Shown: positions 37,823 to 46,847 of the stretch, in pieces
Position numbering within the stretch: the first letter of the stretch is position 1
Layout: each line of letters begins with the position of its first letter
Origin: Acidiferrobacterales bacterium
GTDB lineage: Bacteria; Pseudomonadota; Gammaproteobacteria; Acidiferrobacterales; JAJDNE01
Length of the DNA: 59,968 nt
Assembly (NCBI GenBank): GCA_036446455.1
Contig: JAZFSZ010000093.1
Coordinates: 1 to 59,968 of the forward strand
Direction: 5' to 3'
Notes under the pieces: generated by a model
Databases searched by the model: none
What the model saw: only the letters and a program-made list of their open reading frames with translations
What the model was told of the DNA's origin: nothing
Position numbers and translations under genes: made by a program

Positions 37823-40219
37823 ATGTCTACAGACACACAAGAGCGCGAACAGGAATTGCAGGGCGTTGGTAGTTCGAGAAAGCGCAAGGAAGACCCGCGC
37901 TTTATTCAGGGCAAGGGTAACTTCGTCGATGACATCAAACTGCCTGGCATGTTGGTCGGCAAACTGGTGCGTAGTCCGTTTGCCCACGCCAAGATTATTT
38001 CGATCAATAAAGACGCTGCCCTGGCCTTGCCCGGAGTGGTTGCGGTGCTCACAGCCGATGATCTGAAGCCGCTCGAGCTGCACTGGATGCCAACCCTGGC
38101 AGGTGACGTACAGGCGGTACTGGCCGATAAAAAGGTCAGCTTCCAGTATCAGGAAGTGGCTATGGTCATTGCTGATAACCGCTACATTGCCGCTGATGCC
38201 TGTGACCTGGTGGAAGTGGAATACGAAGAACTGCCGGTGTTGGTTGACCCGCACAAGGCCATGGATGACGATGCGCCGATCATTCGTGAAGACCTGGTAG
38301 GCAAAGACGAAGCCGGTCAAGGGCCGCGCAAGCACAACAATCACATCTTTAGCTGGGATGCGGGCGATAAAGAGGCCACTGATCGTGCCTTTGAAGCGGC
38401 CGATGTGACGGTGAAGCAGGAGATGCTTAACCAACGTGTTCATCCCATTCCGTTGGAGACCTGTGGCTGTGTCGCTTCATTCGACAAGGTCAGGGGTGAC
38501 CTGACTGTTTACATTACCTCGCAAGCGCCGCACATTGTGCGGACCGTGCTTACCCTGTTGTCCGCTATTCCGGAAAGCAAAGTGCGGGTTATCTCGCCCG
38601 ATATTGGTGGTGGCTTTGGTAACAAGGTGGGTATCTACCCTGGCTATGTCTGTGCCATTGTCGGCTCTATTGTGCTGGGCCGTCCGGTGAAATGGATCGA
38701 GGACAGAATCGAAAACCTGTCCACCACCGCTTTTGCCCGTGACTATCATATGACAGGCGAGCTGGCGGCGGACAAGAAAGGTAAAATTAAAGCGATGCGC
38801 GTCAACGTGCTGGCCGATCACGGTGCCTTCAACTCACATGCGCAGCCGACCAAGTGGCCAGCTGGTTTGTTCAGCATTTGTACCGGGTCTTACGACATTC
38901 CTGTCGCCTACGCTAATGTTGTTGGTGTTTACACCAACAAGGCACCGGGTGGTGTGGCTTACCGTTGTTCCTTTCGCGTCGCCGAAGCGGTCTATGTCAT
39001 CGAGCGGATGATGGATGTGCTGGCAAAGAAACTGGACATGGACCCGGCCGAACTGCGGATGAAGAATTTCATCAAACCGGAACAGTTCCCCTACAGCTCT
39101 GCCCTGGGTTGGGAATACGACAGTGGTAATTATCCGACAGCCTTAAAGAAGGTGTTGGAGGCTGTGGATTATGATGGTTTGCGCAAGGAGCAGGCTGAGA
39201 AGAAAGCCCGTGGCGAGATTATGGGTATTGGTATTTGTACTTTTACCGAGATCGTCGGCGCCGGTCCGAGCAAGGCCTGTGACATCCTTGGTGTCGGTAT
39301 GTTCGACAGTGCCGAGATTCGTGTCCACCCTACCGGCAGTGCCATCGGCCGCATGGGAACGATGAGCCAGGGCCAGGGTCACGAAACCACTTATGCCCAG
39401 ATCATTGCCACTGAACTGGGGATTTCGTCGGAAGATATTCGGATCGAGGAGGGTGATACCAGCACAGTTCCGTATGGTCTTGGCACCTATGGTTCACGCA
39501 GCACGCCAGTGGGTGGTGCAGCAACGGTGATGGCAGCTCGCAAGATTCGCGAAAAGGCGCGCAAGATTGCAGCCCATCTGCTAGAGGTCAGTGAAAATGA
39601 TCTTGAGTGGGAGGTGGATCGTTTCAAGGTGGTTGGTTCGCCTGATCAGGTCAAGACCATGAAAGAGATTGCCTGGGCCGCCTATAACAATGTGCCTGAA
39701 GGCATGGAGATGGGTCTGGAGGCGGTGGATTATTATGATCCACCCAACTTTACCTATCCCTTCGGCGCCTATGTCTGTGTTGTCGATATCGACAACTATA
39801 CTGGCGAAACCACGATCAGACGTTTCTATGCTCTGGATGATTGTGGCACCCGCATTAATCCAATGATCATCGAGGGGCAGATCCACGGCGGTTTGAATGA
39901 AGGTTTTGCTGTCGCTATGGCGCAAGAGATGCCGTTTGATGAGGCGGGTAATTTGCTTGCCAATACGTTCATGGATTACTACTGGCCAACCATGGTGGAG
40001 ACACCGAAATGGGAGCTGGACTACACCGTTACCCCGTCACCGCATCATCCGATGGGAGCCAAGGGTGTGGCTGAGTCAGCTCATGTGGGCAGTATTCCAT
40101 GCTTCTCGAATGCGATAAATGACGCACTCGGGCAGTTTGGCGCCAGCCATGTGAATATGCCGCACAATTCTTATCACGTGTGGCAGACCCTGAAAGAACT
40201 AGGCCTTAACAAGGTCTAG
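37823..40219 (+). CDS. coxL: CO dehydrogenase large (molybdopterin) subunit, form I
   Basis: 798 aa from the ATG at 37823 (SD AAGGAAG). The active-site loop VAYRCSFR (nt 38957-38977) is the form-I signature carrying the Cu-ligand Cys. Confidence 0.85.
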   Translation: MSTDTQEREQELQGVGSSRKRKEDPRFIQGKGNFVDDIKLPGMLVGKLVRSPFAHAKIISINKDAALALPGVVAVLTADDLKPLELHWMPTLAGDVQAVLADKKVSFQYQEVAMVIADNRYIAADACDLVEVEYEELPVLVDPHKAMDDDAPIIREDLVGKDEAGQGPRKHNNHIFSWDAGDKEATDRAFEAADVTVKQEMLNQRVHPIPLETCGCVASFDKVRGDLTVYITSQAPHIVRTVLTLLSAIPESKVRVISPDIGGGFGNKVGIYPGYVCAIVGSIVLGRPVKWIEDRIENLSTTAFARDYHMTGELAADKKGKIKAMRVNVLADHGAFNSHAQPTKWPAGLFSICTGSYDIPVAYANVVGVYTNKAPGGVAYRCSFRVAEAVYVIERMMDVLAKKLDMDPAELRMKNFIKPEQFPYSSALGWEYDSGNYPTALKKVLEAVDYDGLRKEQAEKKARGEIMGIGICTFTEIVGAGPSKACDILGVGMFDSAEIRVHPTGSAIGRMGTMSQGQGHETTYAQIIATELGISSEDIRIEEGDTSTVPYGLGTYGSRSTPVGGAATVMAARKIREKARKIAAHLLEVSENDLEWEVDRFKVVGSPDQVKTMKEIAWAAYNNVPEGMEMGLEAVDYYDPPNFTYPFGAYVCVVDIDNYTGETTIRRFYALDDCGTRINPMIIEGQIHGGLNEGFAVAMAQEMPFDEAGNLLANTFMDYYWPTMVETPKWELDYTVTPSPHHPMGAKGVAESAHVGSIPCFSNAINDALGQFGASHVNMPHNSYHVWQTLKELGLNKV

Positions 40220-40343
40220 CCTCGAAAGAGATAGCACCTGGAGTAAAGTGATTTCAGGTGCATCGGGCAGGGCGAACTTGCAGTCACCAACACTGCAAGT
40301 GCTCACATCTGTTTGACGTTGATATCTCCAAGAGTAAGACGCC

Positions 40344-40928
40344 ATGAAAGTGGAAATAGATAAAGTTTTTGCAATGGATGCACCTTCCAGTAACGCCTGG
40401 AAGTTTCTGCAGGACATTCATAATGTGGCTAGCTGTATGCCGGGTGCCAGGATTACCGAGCAAGTGGATGACGCGAATTACAAGGGCGCTGTCAAGGTCA
40501 AGGTTGGCCCGGCGACCATGGCCTTCAAGGGCACTATTTCGGTGTTGGGCGTCGATGCCAACAAGCGCGAACTGAAGATGCGCGGCAAAGGTACGGATGT
40601 TAAAGGTACCTCGTCTGCCACCATGGATCTGACCGCCAGCGTACGTGAAACCGGAGACGGTAAATGCGAAGTGATCGGCGTTGCCGAAGTAACTGTCACC
40701 GGCAAGATAGCCAGTCTCGGTGGTCGCATGATGCAGCAGGTGTCGGATCAGATTCTGAACCAATTTGGTGCCAATCTTGTGAATAACGTCGTCGCCATGG
40801 GTGAGGGTGCTGCTGCTGAGGAGGCTGCGACGAAAGTGGCAGACCAGCCGAAGGAACTTAACGGCCTGGCCTTTGCCTGGGGTTTGTTTATCGCGTTTCT
40901 CAAGAACCTGTTTAGGGGCAAGTCATAG
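40344..40928 (+). CDS. coxG: CoxG-like SRPBCC protein with C-terminal hydrophobic anchor
   Basis: 194 aa. CoxG-type N-terminal domain (FLQDIHNVASCMPGA) and C-terminal LNGLAFAWGLFIAFLKNLF. Confidence 0.7.
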   Translation: MKVEIDKVFAMDAPSSNAWKFLQDIHNVASCMPGARITEQVDDANYKGAVKVKVGPATMAFKGTISVLGVDANKRELKMRGKGTDVKGTSSATMDLTASVRETGDGKCEVIGVAEVTVTGKIASLGGRMMQQVSDQILNQFGANLVNNVVAMGEGAAAEEAATKVADQPKELNGLAFAWGLFIAFLKNLFRGKS

Positions 40929-41035
40929 ACTGGCATTGTATGAGCGACTGGCTGAGACAAGGAACAAATCCTGGCTGCCATAGTCCAATTGATAATTATC
41001 CCTTGTGTATGGCCGCATAGGCCAATGATTGCAGC

Positions 41036-41914
41036 ATGACAGACATCTCACAGTTTCAAACCCGCCTGGCCGAGGCCGGTTATGTGACCGAGAACAATCT
41101 CGCCGCTACCCTGTTATTGCAGACCAGATTACAACGCCCATTGTTGCTTGAGGGGGATGCCGGTGTCGGCAAGACCGAGATCGCCAAGACCCTGGCCAAA
41201 GTATTTAATTGTCCACTGATCCGGCTGCAGTGTTATGAAGGTCTGGATATAAATTCAGCCGTGTATGAATGGAACTATCAGCATCAATTGTTGACTATCA
41301 AGATGCAGGAAACAGAGGGCGGTTCGCAGGCCAGTAAAGAGCAGCATATCTTTAGTGAGAAATATCTGCTCAAGCGGCCTTTGCTTCAGGCCATTACCAT
41401 GGACAAGCCGCCGGTATTGTTGGTAGATGAAATTGACAGGGCCGACGAAGAGTTCGAGGCCTACCTTCTTGAAGTGTTGTCTGATTTTCAGATCAGTATT
41501 CCCGAATTGGGCACAATCAAGGCGAGCTCCAAGCCCTATGTGGTTTTGACGTCCAACGGCACTCGCGAGTTGAGTGATGCCTTGCGTCGTCGTTGCCTCT
41601 ATCACTATGTCGATTATCCAAGTTTCGATAAAGAACTGCGCATCGTTCATATACATTTGCCCGAGATCAGCCAACGCCTGGCAGGTCAGGTAGTGGAATA
41701 CGTGCAGGCGCTGCGCAAAATGGAGCTGCGCAAGATCCCTGGTATTGCCGAGACTCTGGATTGGGCGGCAGCGCTGTTGAAAATGAATATCTTGTCACTG
41801 GATAAAGATCCAGAGCTGATCATGAACACCCTGGTCTGCCTGTTAAAGACCAGGGAAGATCATGATGCGATTACCAAAGATGTTTCCGATCGTTTAATCG
41901 CAAGGGCGGGGTAA
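41036..41914 (+). CDS. coxD: MoxR-type AAA+ ATPase (CoxD-like CODH maturation factor)
   Basis: Walker A GDAGVGKTE and Walker B LLVDEIDRA. Length of 292 aa and its position after coxG fit. Confidence 0.8.
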   Translation: MTDISQFQTRLAEAGYVTENNLAATLLLQTRLQRPLLLEGDAGVGKTEIAKTLAKVFNCPLIRLQCYEGLDINSAVYEWNYQHQLLTIKMQETEGGSQASKEQHIFSEKYLLKRPLLQAITMDKPPVLLVDEIDRADEEFEAYLLEVLSDFQISIPELGTIKASSKPYVVLTSNGTRELSDALRRRCLYHYVDYPSFDKELRIVHIHLPEISQRLAGQVVEYVQALRKMELRKIPGIAETLDWAAALLKMNILSLDKDPELIMNTLVCLLKTREDHDAITKDVSDRLIARAG

Positions 41915-41916
41915 CG

Positions 41917-43095
41917 ATGAGTGCGAGCCAGCAAAAAGAGTTTGCAGAGCTGACGGAGTCACTGCTCGGGCATCTGGTTGGTTTTCTGCGTTTCATGCGC
42001 GGCAATGGCTATCACCTCGGCATCCAGGAAGAGCTGGATGTAATGAAGATGGCAGAGTTCAGTGGCCTGCTGGAACCACAGCGGATGCGGTGGGGTTTAC
42101 GTGCCCTGCTATGTTCCAGCAGCGATGATTGGCAGCGTTTTAACAAGCTGTTTGATTCCTACTGGAATCCGGACACTCGAACTCGAGAACAGCGTCACAA
42201 TTATTCAAACAAAATGGATAGCAGGAATGGCCCGGGTGGCCAGCACGGTGGTGGCAGCCAGGTGGCTGAGGCCGACAATGCTGAGCAGGGCGATGCCAGC
42301 GATGCCGGTGACGGTGGCAGCAAAGGCGGTGCCAGCGCCCAGGAAGCCCTGGCCCGCAAAGACTTTCGCCTGCTGGCGGATGCGTCACAGATGCGTGAGA
42401 TGGAGTTCCTGGTGGAACGTCTGGCGAAACGGATGCGCCGTCGTCTGATGCGCAGATACCGGCTGCAACAGCATGGTCATCGTATCCATTTTCGCCGCAC
42501 CATTCGCAACAGTCTGCGTTATGGTGGCACGCCCCTGGACCTGGCCTTTAGACAACGCAACAAACAGTTACCGCGTCTGATCCTGTTACTCGATGTCAGC
42601 CGCTCCATGAGCCTGTACAGTTTTCTGTTTTTGCGTTTTGCCCGCGGCATCGTAGAGGCGTTTAAAGATGCCGATGTCTTTGTCTATCACACCCGGCTAG
42701 TGCATGTCACAGATGCCCTGCGAGAACGTGACATGATCAAGGTCAAAGAGAAGCTAGTGTTGATGTCGGCCGGTTGGTCCGGTGGTACCCGCATCGGCGA
42801 ATGTTTGCAGCTGTTTAATCTCGACTATGGTCGCCGTATTGTTAATTCACGCTCAGTGGTAATAATCGTCAGTGATGGTTATGACACCGGTGAGCCGCAA
42901 CTACTGGCGCAACAGCTGCAACAGTTGAAGCAACGGACCCGAAAAATCGTCTGGCTGAATCCGTTGCTGGGACGTGATGGTTATGAACCGATTGCTGGTG
43001 GAATGCGGGCGGCGATGCCGTTTCTCGATCTGTTTGCCCCGGCCCATAATTTGGAGAGCCTGTTGAAACTGGAATCTGATTTGATAAAGCTCTAG
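41917..43095 (+). CDS. coxE: VWA-domain protein (CoxE-like)
   Basis: 392 aa. C-terminal VWA with MIDAS-like LLLDVSRSMS. Gly/Asp/Ala-rich linker. Starts 3 nt after the coxD stop. Confidence 0.75.
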   Translation: MSASQQKEFAELTESLLGHLVGFLRFMRGNGYHLGIQEELDVMKMAEFSGLLEPQRMRWGLRALLCSSSDDWQRFNKLFDSYWNPDTRTREQRHNYSNKMDSRNGPGGQHGGGSQVAEADNAEQGDASDAGDGGSKGGASAQEALARKDFRLLADASQMREMEFLVERLAKRMRRRLMRRYRLQQHGHRIHFRRTIRNSLRYGGTPLDLAFRQRNKQLPRLILLLDVSRSMSLYSFLFLRFARGIVEAFKDADVFVYHTRLVHVTDALRERDMIKVKEKLVLMSAGWSGGTRIGECLQLFNLDYGRRIVNSRSVVIIVSDGYDTGEPQLLAQQLQQLKQRTRKIVWLNPLLGRDGYEPIAGGMRAAMPFLDLFAPAHNLESLLKLESDLIKL

Positions 43096-43107
43096 GGACT
43101 CGAAACG

Positions 43108-44124
43108 ATGAGACTGGAAAGTGATGCAATATTGGATAAAGCTGCCCGCCTCAAGGCCGAGGGTAAACCCTTTGCCCTGGTGACCGTGGTGCGGGTTGTT
43201 TCGCCCACCTCGGCCAAGCCGGGAGCCAAGGCAGTGGTCGAACCGGATGGCGTGATCCAGGGTTGGATCGGTGGTGGCTGCGCCCAGCCGGCGGTGATCA
43301 AGACAGCGAAAAAGGTTTTGCAGGAAGGTCTGGCGCGTTTGATTCGCATCAGTCCGACCAGGGATGGATATGTGGAGGAGGGAATCACTGATTTTGGAAT
43401 GACCTGTCATAGTGGAGGTACCTTGGATATTTTTATCGACCCCGTTATCCCGCGTCCCGTTTTGTTGGTAATCGGCGCTTCACCGGCGGCTCAGGCTCTG
43501 GTGGGGCTGGCCCAGCGCGTTGGTTTCTCTGTCACCGCTGCATTTACCGGAGCGGATGCCGAGATGTTTCCTGACGCAGATAGAATCATCGACGGTTTTG
43601 ATGTGGCTGATGTCTCGCCCAGTTTTGTTGTGGTTGCGACACAGGGTAAGCGCGATGAGCAAGGCCTGGAAGCGGCAATCAGTATTGGTGCAGTCTATAT
43701 TGCTTTTATTGCCAGTGAACGCAAGGCGACAAAGTTGAAAACCTATTTAAAAGAGAATGGGTGTGATGCTGATCGAGTCGACGCCATCATTTCACCTGCG
43801 GGTGTCGAGATAGAGGCGGTGACGCCGGAAGAGATTGCCCTGTCGGTGCTGGCCGGAGTAGTGAAGGCGCGTCGTGAGGGTGTGGCTGTGCCACAGCCTG
43901 CAGTAGCAAGTAGTGAAATTGGTTCCAGCTACAGTGATTCGACAAAGGCAGAAGTAAAACCTGAACCAAAACCAGCCACCGCAATCGATCCCATTTGCGG
44001 AATGTCGGTAGAAACGAAAGACGCCGAGTATCAAAGCGAATACAAGGGAAAAACCTATTATTTTTGCTGTGGCGGGTGTGAGCACCGCTTTGAAAATGAG
44101 CCGGAAAAATACTTGAGAGCATGA
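43108..44124 (+). CDS. XdhC/CoxI-family maturation protein fused to a C-terminal YHS/TRASH-type metal-binding domain
   Basis: XdhC N-domain (ALVTVVRVVSPTSAKPGAKAVV...GWIGGGC) and Rossmann-like XdhC_C (LLVIGASPAAQAL). The last roughly 45 aa, DPICGMSVETKDAEYQSEYKGKTYYFCCGGCEHRFENEPEKY (nt 43987-44121), match the YHS pattern. Confidence 0.75.
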   Translation: MRLESDAILDKAARLKAEGKPFALVTVVRVVSPTSAKPGAKAVVEPDGVIQGWIGGGCAQPAVIKTAKKVLQEGLARLIRISPTRDGYVEEGITDFGMTCHSGGTLDIFIDPVIPRPVLLVIGASPAAQALVGLAQRVGFSVTAAFTGADAEMFPDADRIIDGFDVADVSPSFVVVATQGKRDEQGLEAAISIGAVYIAFIASERKATKLKTYLKENGCDADRVDAIISPAGVEIEAVTPEEIALSVLAGVVKARREGVAVPQPAVASSEIGSSYSDSTKAEVKPEPKPATAIDPICGMSVETKDAEYQSEYKGKTYYFCCGGCEHRFENEPEKYLRA

Positions 44125-44747
44125 CAACAGTATCAGCAGTGTTATTGGCGGCAGGCGTATCGCGCCGCATGGGTGAGGTCAACAAGCTTGAATTGCTGGT
44201 TGATGGCGTTCCCTTGCTGCGCCGTGCGGCAGAAACCCTGCTTGCCTCAAGGTTGCAAGAGATCGTTGTCGTGTTGGGCCATCAGGCAGAAAAGGCTGGC
44301 TCTATGCTGGAGGGTTTGCCGCTTCATACTATATATAACGAAGCCTATCGTGATGGTCAGATGACTTCGGTTTATCAGGGGTTGTCGTCTCTGTCGCAAA
44401 CTTGCGATGGGGTAATGATCTGTCTGGCAGACCAGCCCTTGTTGCAAACAGATGATGTAAACGTTTTGATCGAGGCATTTGGCAAGTGCAATCACGGGCG
44501 TGGTCATGGTTCTATACTGGTGCCTACTTTCCAGGGCAAGCGCGGTAATCCCATCGTCCTCGACTATCAGCACCGACTGGAGATTTTGAACGGTGAGCGT
44601 AATCTCGGTTGTAAAAAACTAATCGATAAAAATCCCGGGCAGGTCAGCAGTTTTGAAATGAGCAATAACCATGTGGTGGTTGATCTCGATACACCGGAAC
44701 AATACGCGGCCTTAACGGCAGGACAGAGTGAGACTATGACCTCATAA
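44121..44747 (+). CDS. mocA: Molybdenum cofactor cytidylyltransferase (MobA/MocA-like nucleotidyltransferase)
   Basis: N-terminal AVLLAAGVSRRMG. 208 aa. Its start overlaps the preceding stop (ATGA). Confidence 0.7.
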   Translation: MTTVSAVLLAAGVSRRMGEVNKLELLVDGVPLLRRAAETLLASRLQEIVVVLGHQAEKAGSMLEGLPLHTIYNEAYRDGQMTSVYQGLSSLSQTCDGVMICLADQPLLQTDDVNVLIEAFGKCNHGRGHGSILVPTFQGKRGNPIVLDYQHRLEILNGERNLGCKKLIDKNPGQVSSFEMSNNHVVVDLDTPEQYAALTAGQSETMTS

Positions 44748-44764
44748 AATAGCGGCATATTGCG

Positions 44765-45586
44765 ATGGCTAAAGAGATTATCGATGTACTAGTGGAGATG
44801 CGTGAAAAGGGTAAACCTTATGCGGTGGCCACTGTGATCGAAACCATCGGTTCTGTCTCGGCTAAAACTGGTTCCAAGGCTGTCATCGATCATGAGGGCA
44901 GGATTGTGGCCGGTTGGGTTGGCGGTGGCTGCGCCGAGTCGACCACTTGTGATGAAGCACTGCAATGCATGCGCAATGACAAAAGCTCGGTGATAGATAT
45001 CGATCTGGATGATGAAGTATTAGGTGCAAGCATGCCCTGCGGTGGGAGTATGCGTGTGTATGTTGAACCGGTATTACCACGCCCAAGCCTGTGGTTGATG
45101 GGCCATGGTCGTGTTGCGGAATGTCTGTGTCAGATGGCTGATCTGATGGGGTTGAATGTGATTGTTAACGATCCAGTCATCAACCGGGAAAAATATCCGG
45201 CTGCTAAAAAACTGATCACTGATGATCTCGACTATGAACAACTGCAACCTGAAGACGGTGACTATGTGGTGATAGCGACTCAGCACAAGGGTGATCATGA
45301 ATCCATGAAGCGGGCGCTGGCCTCCAAGGCGAAATACATTGCCCTGATCGCCAGCCGCAAGCGCTCACGCCTGGTGCTGGACTATCTGCATCGTGAAGGT
45401 TTTGGTGAGAATGATTTGCAGCGCGTCATGGCACCTTCCGGACTGGATCTCGGGGCGCGGACGCCAGAAGAGATTGCCCTCTGTGTTATTAGTGAAATTG
45501 TGCTGGTGCGTCGTCAGGGGAGCGGCATGCGCATGCGCGACAAGCTAATGCAGGAAGCGCAACAGGCTAAGCGGGTAAAGGCTTAA
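44765..45586 (+). CDS. Second XdhC/CoxI-family maturation protein
   Basis: 273 aa. AVATVIETIGSVSAKTGSKAVI...GWVGGGC and a Rossmann-like C-domain. Confidence 0.75.
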   Translation: MAKEIIDVLVEMREKGKPYAVATVIETIGSVSAKTGSKAVIDHEGRIVAGWVGGGCAESTTCDEALQCMRNDKSSVIDIDLDDEVLGASMPCGGSMRVYVEPVLPRPSLWLMGHGRVAECLCQMADLMGLNVIVNDPVINREKYPAAKKLITDDLDYEQLQPEDGDYVVIATQHKGDHESMKRALASKAKYIALIASRKRSRLVLDYLHREGFGENDLQRVMAPSGLDLGARTPEEIALCVISEIVLVRRQGSGMRMRDKLMQEAQQAKRVKA

Positions 45587-45590
45587 GTCG

Positions 45591-46841
45591 ATGCTGGATA
45601 CCGTAATTAAATTCAGCCCGCTCGATGTGTTGGATGTAGCAACCATCCGAGCTGGCTTTCCTTTGTTGGCCAGGGCGGGTGAGTCACTGCATTATCTTGA
45701 CAATGCCGCTACCACCCAGAAACCCCATGCGGTGATTGATGCCATCGGCGACTGTTATCGCCGTCACTATGCGCCGGTACATCGGGGTCTGTATCCGTTG
45801 GCAGAAGAGGCCAGTCATCGTTATGAAATTGCGCGCAGCACGGTAGCGAAATTTATCGGTGCACCTGGCGATCAGTTGATCTTCACTCGTTCTGCGACGG
45901 AGTCCATTAACCTGGTGGCGCAAGGTTGGGTGCGCCCACGTCTGCACCAGGGGGATCAGGTATGGGTAACGCGGATGGAGCATCACTCCAATTATTTGCC
46001 CTGGCAGGTCTTGTGTCGTGAAACCGGGGCGCAGCTACGCATTATTGATCTTAAGGCAGATGGCTCACTGGATTTTGACAGCTGTTCCAGCCTGTATGGC
46101 TCACGTACCAGACTGATTGCCGTGACTCATGCTTCCAATGTGTTGGGTGTGATCAATCCGGTTAAAGAGATATGTGCACGGGCAGCGGAACAGGGCATTG
46201 CGGTGATGGTTGATGCTGCCCAGTCAGTGGGGCATATGCCTGTTGACGTCGCTGAGCTGGGTTGTGATTTTCTCGCCTTTTCCGCTCATAAGATGTTTGG
46301 CCCAACCGGCATTGGTGCGCTGTATGGCAAGGCTGAGCGACTGTCCGGGATGGAGCCGCTATTGTTGGGTGGCGGCATGGTGGATAGTGTTGGTGAGCGC
46401 GACAGCAGCTGGGCGCCGTACCCGGCAAAGTTCGAAGCCGGTTCGCAGAATCTTGCCGATGCTCTGGGTTTTGCTGCAGCGGTGAATTGGCTGGGGAACA
46501 TCGGCATGGCTGCAATGCATAGCCATACAACACGGTTGACCCGGTATGCGCTGGATACCTTGTCGAAGATGAGTGGCGTGGAGATCTATGGTCCGCGCGA
46601 TGTGCATGAACGCGTTGGCATAGTTTCTTTCAATCTGGCAGATGTGCATCCCCATGACGTTGCCCAGGTCGCCGCCGAGCGTGGCGTCGCCATCCGTGCC
46701 GGTCACCACTGTTGCCAGCTGCTAATGCAGCATCTGGGCGTGGCCGCCACCGCACGGGCCAGTTTCGCACCCTATAACGACCGGAACGATGTCGATGCCC
46801 TGGCCGATGCCATCCGTGCCGCACAGGCCGTGTTTGAATAA
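45591..46841 (+). CDS. sufS: SufS-type (group II) cysteine desulfurase
   Basis: 416 aa. PLP Lys in FSAHKMFGPTGIG. Catalytic Cys loop RAGHHCCQLLM. Confidence 0.8.
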   Translation: MLDTVIKFSPLDVLDVATIRAGFPLLARAGESLHYLDNAATTQKPHAVIDAIGDCYRRHYAPVHRGLYPLAEEASHRYEIARSTVAKFIGAPGDQLIFTRSATESINLVAQGWVRPRLHQGDQVWVTRMEHHSNYLPWQVLCRETGAQLRIIDLKADGSLDFDSCSSLYGSRTRLIAVTHASNVLGVINPVKEICARAAEQGIAVMVDAAQSVGHMPVDVAELGCDFLAFSAHKMFGPTGIGALYGKAERLSGMEPLLLGGGMVDSVGERDSSWAPYPAKFEAGSQNLADALGFAAAVNWLGNIGMAAMHSHTTRLTRYALDTLSKMSGVEIYGPRDVHERVGIVSFNLADVHPHDVAQVAAERGVAIRAGHHCCQLLMQHLGVAATARASFAPYNDRNDVDALADAIRAAQAVFE

Positions 46842-46847
46842 GGCTTT

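Noticed and set aside
37778-38443. 221-aa minus-strand ORF inside coxL, plus many 60-160-aa ORFs in both strands across coxL, coxG, coxE and the XdhC genes
   Set aside because: These are shadow ORFs of well-supported cox genes. For example, 42062-42448 is an alternative frame of the Gly/Ala/Asp-rich CoxE linker.
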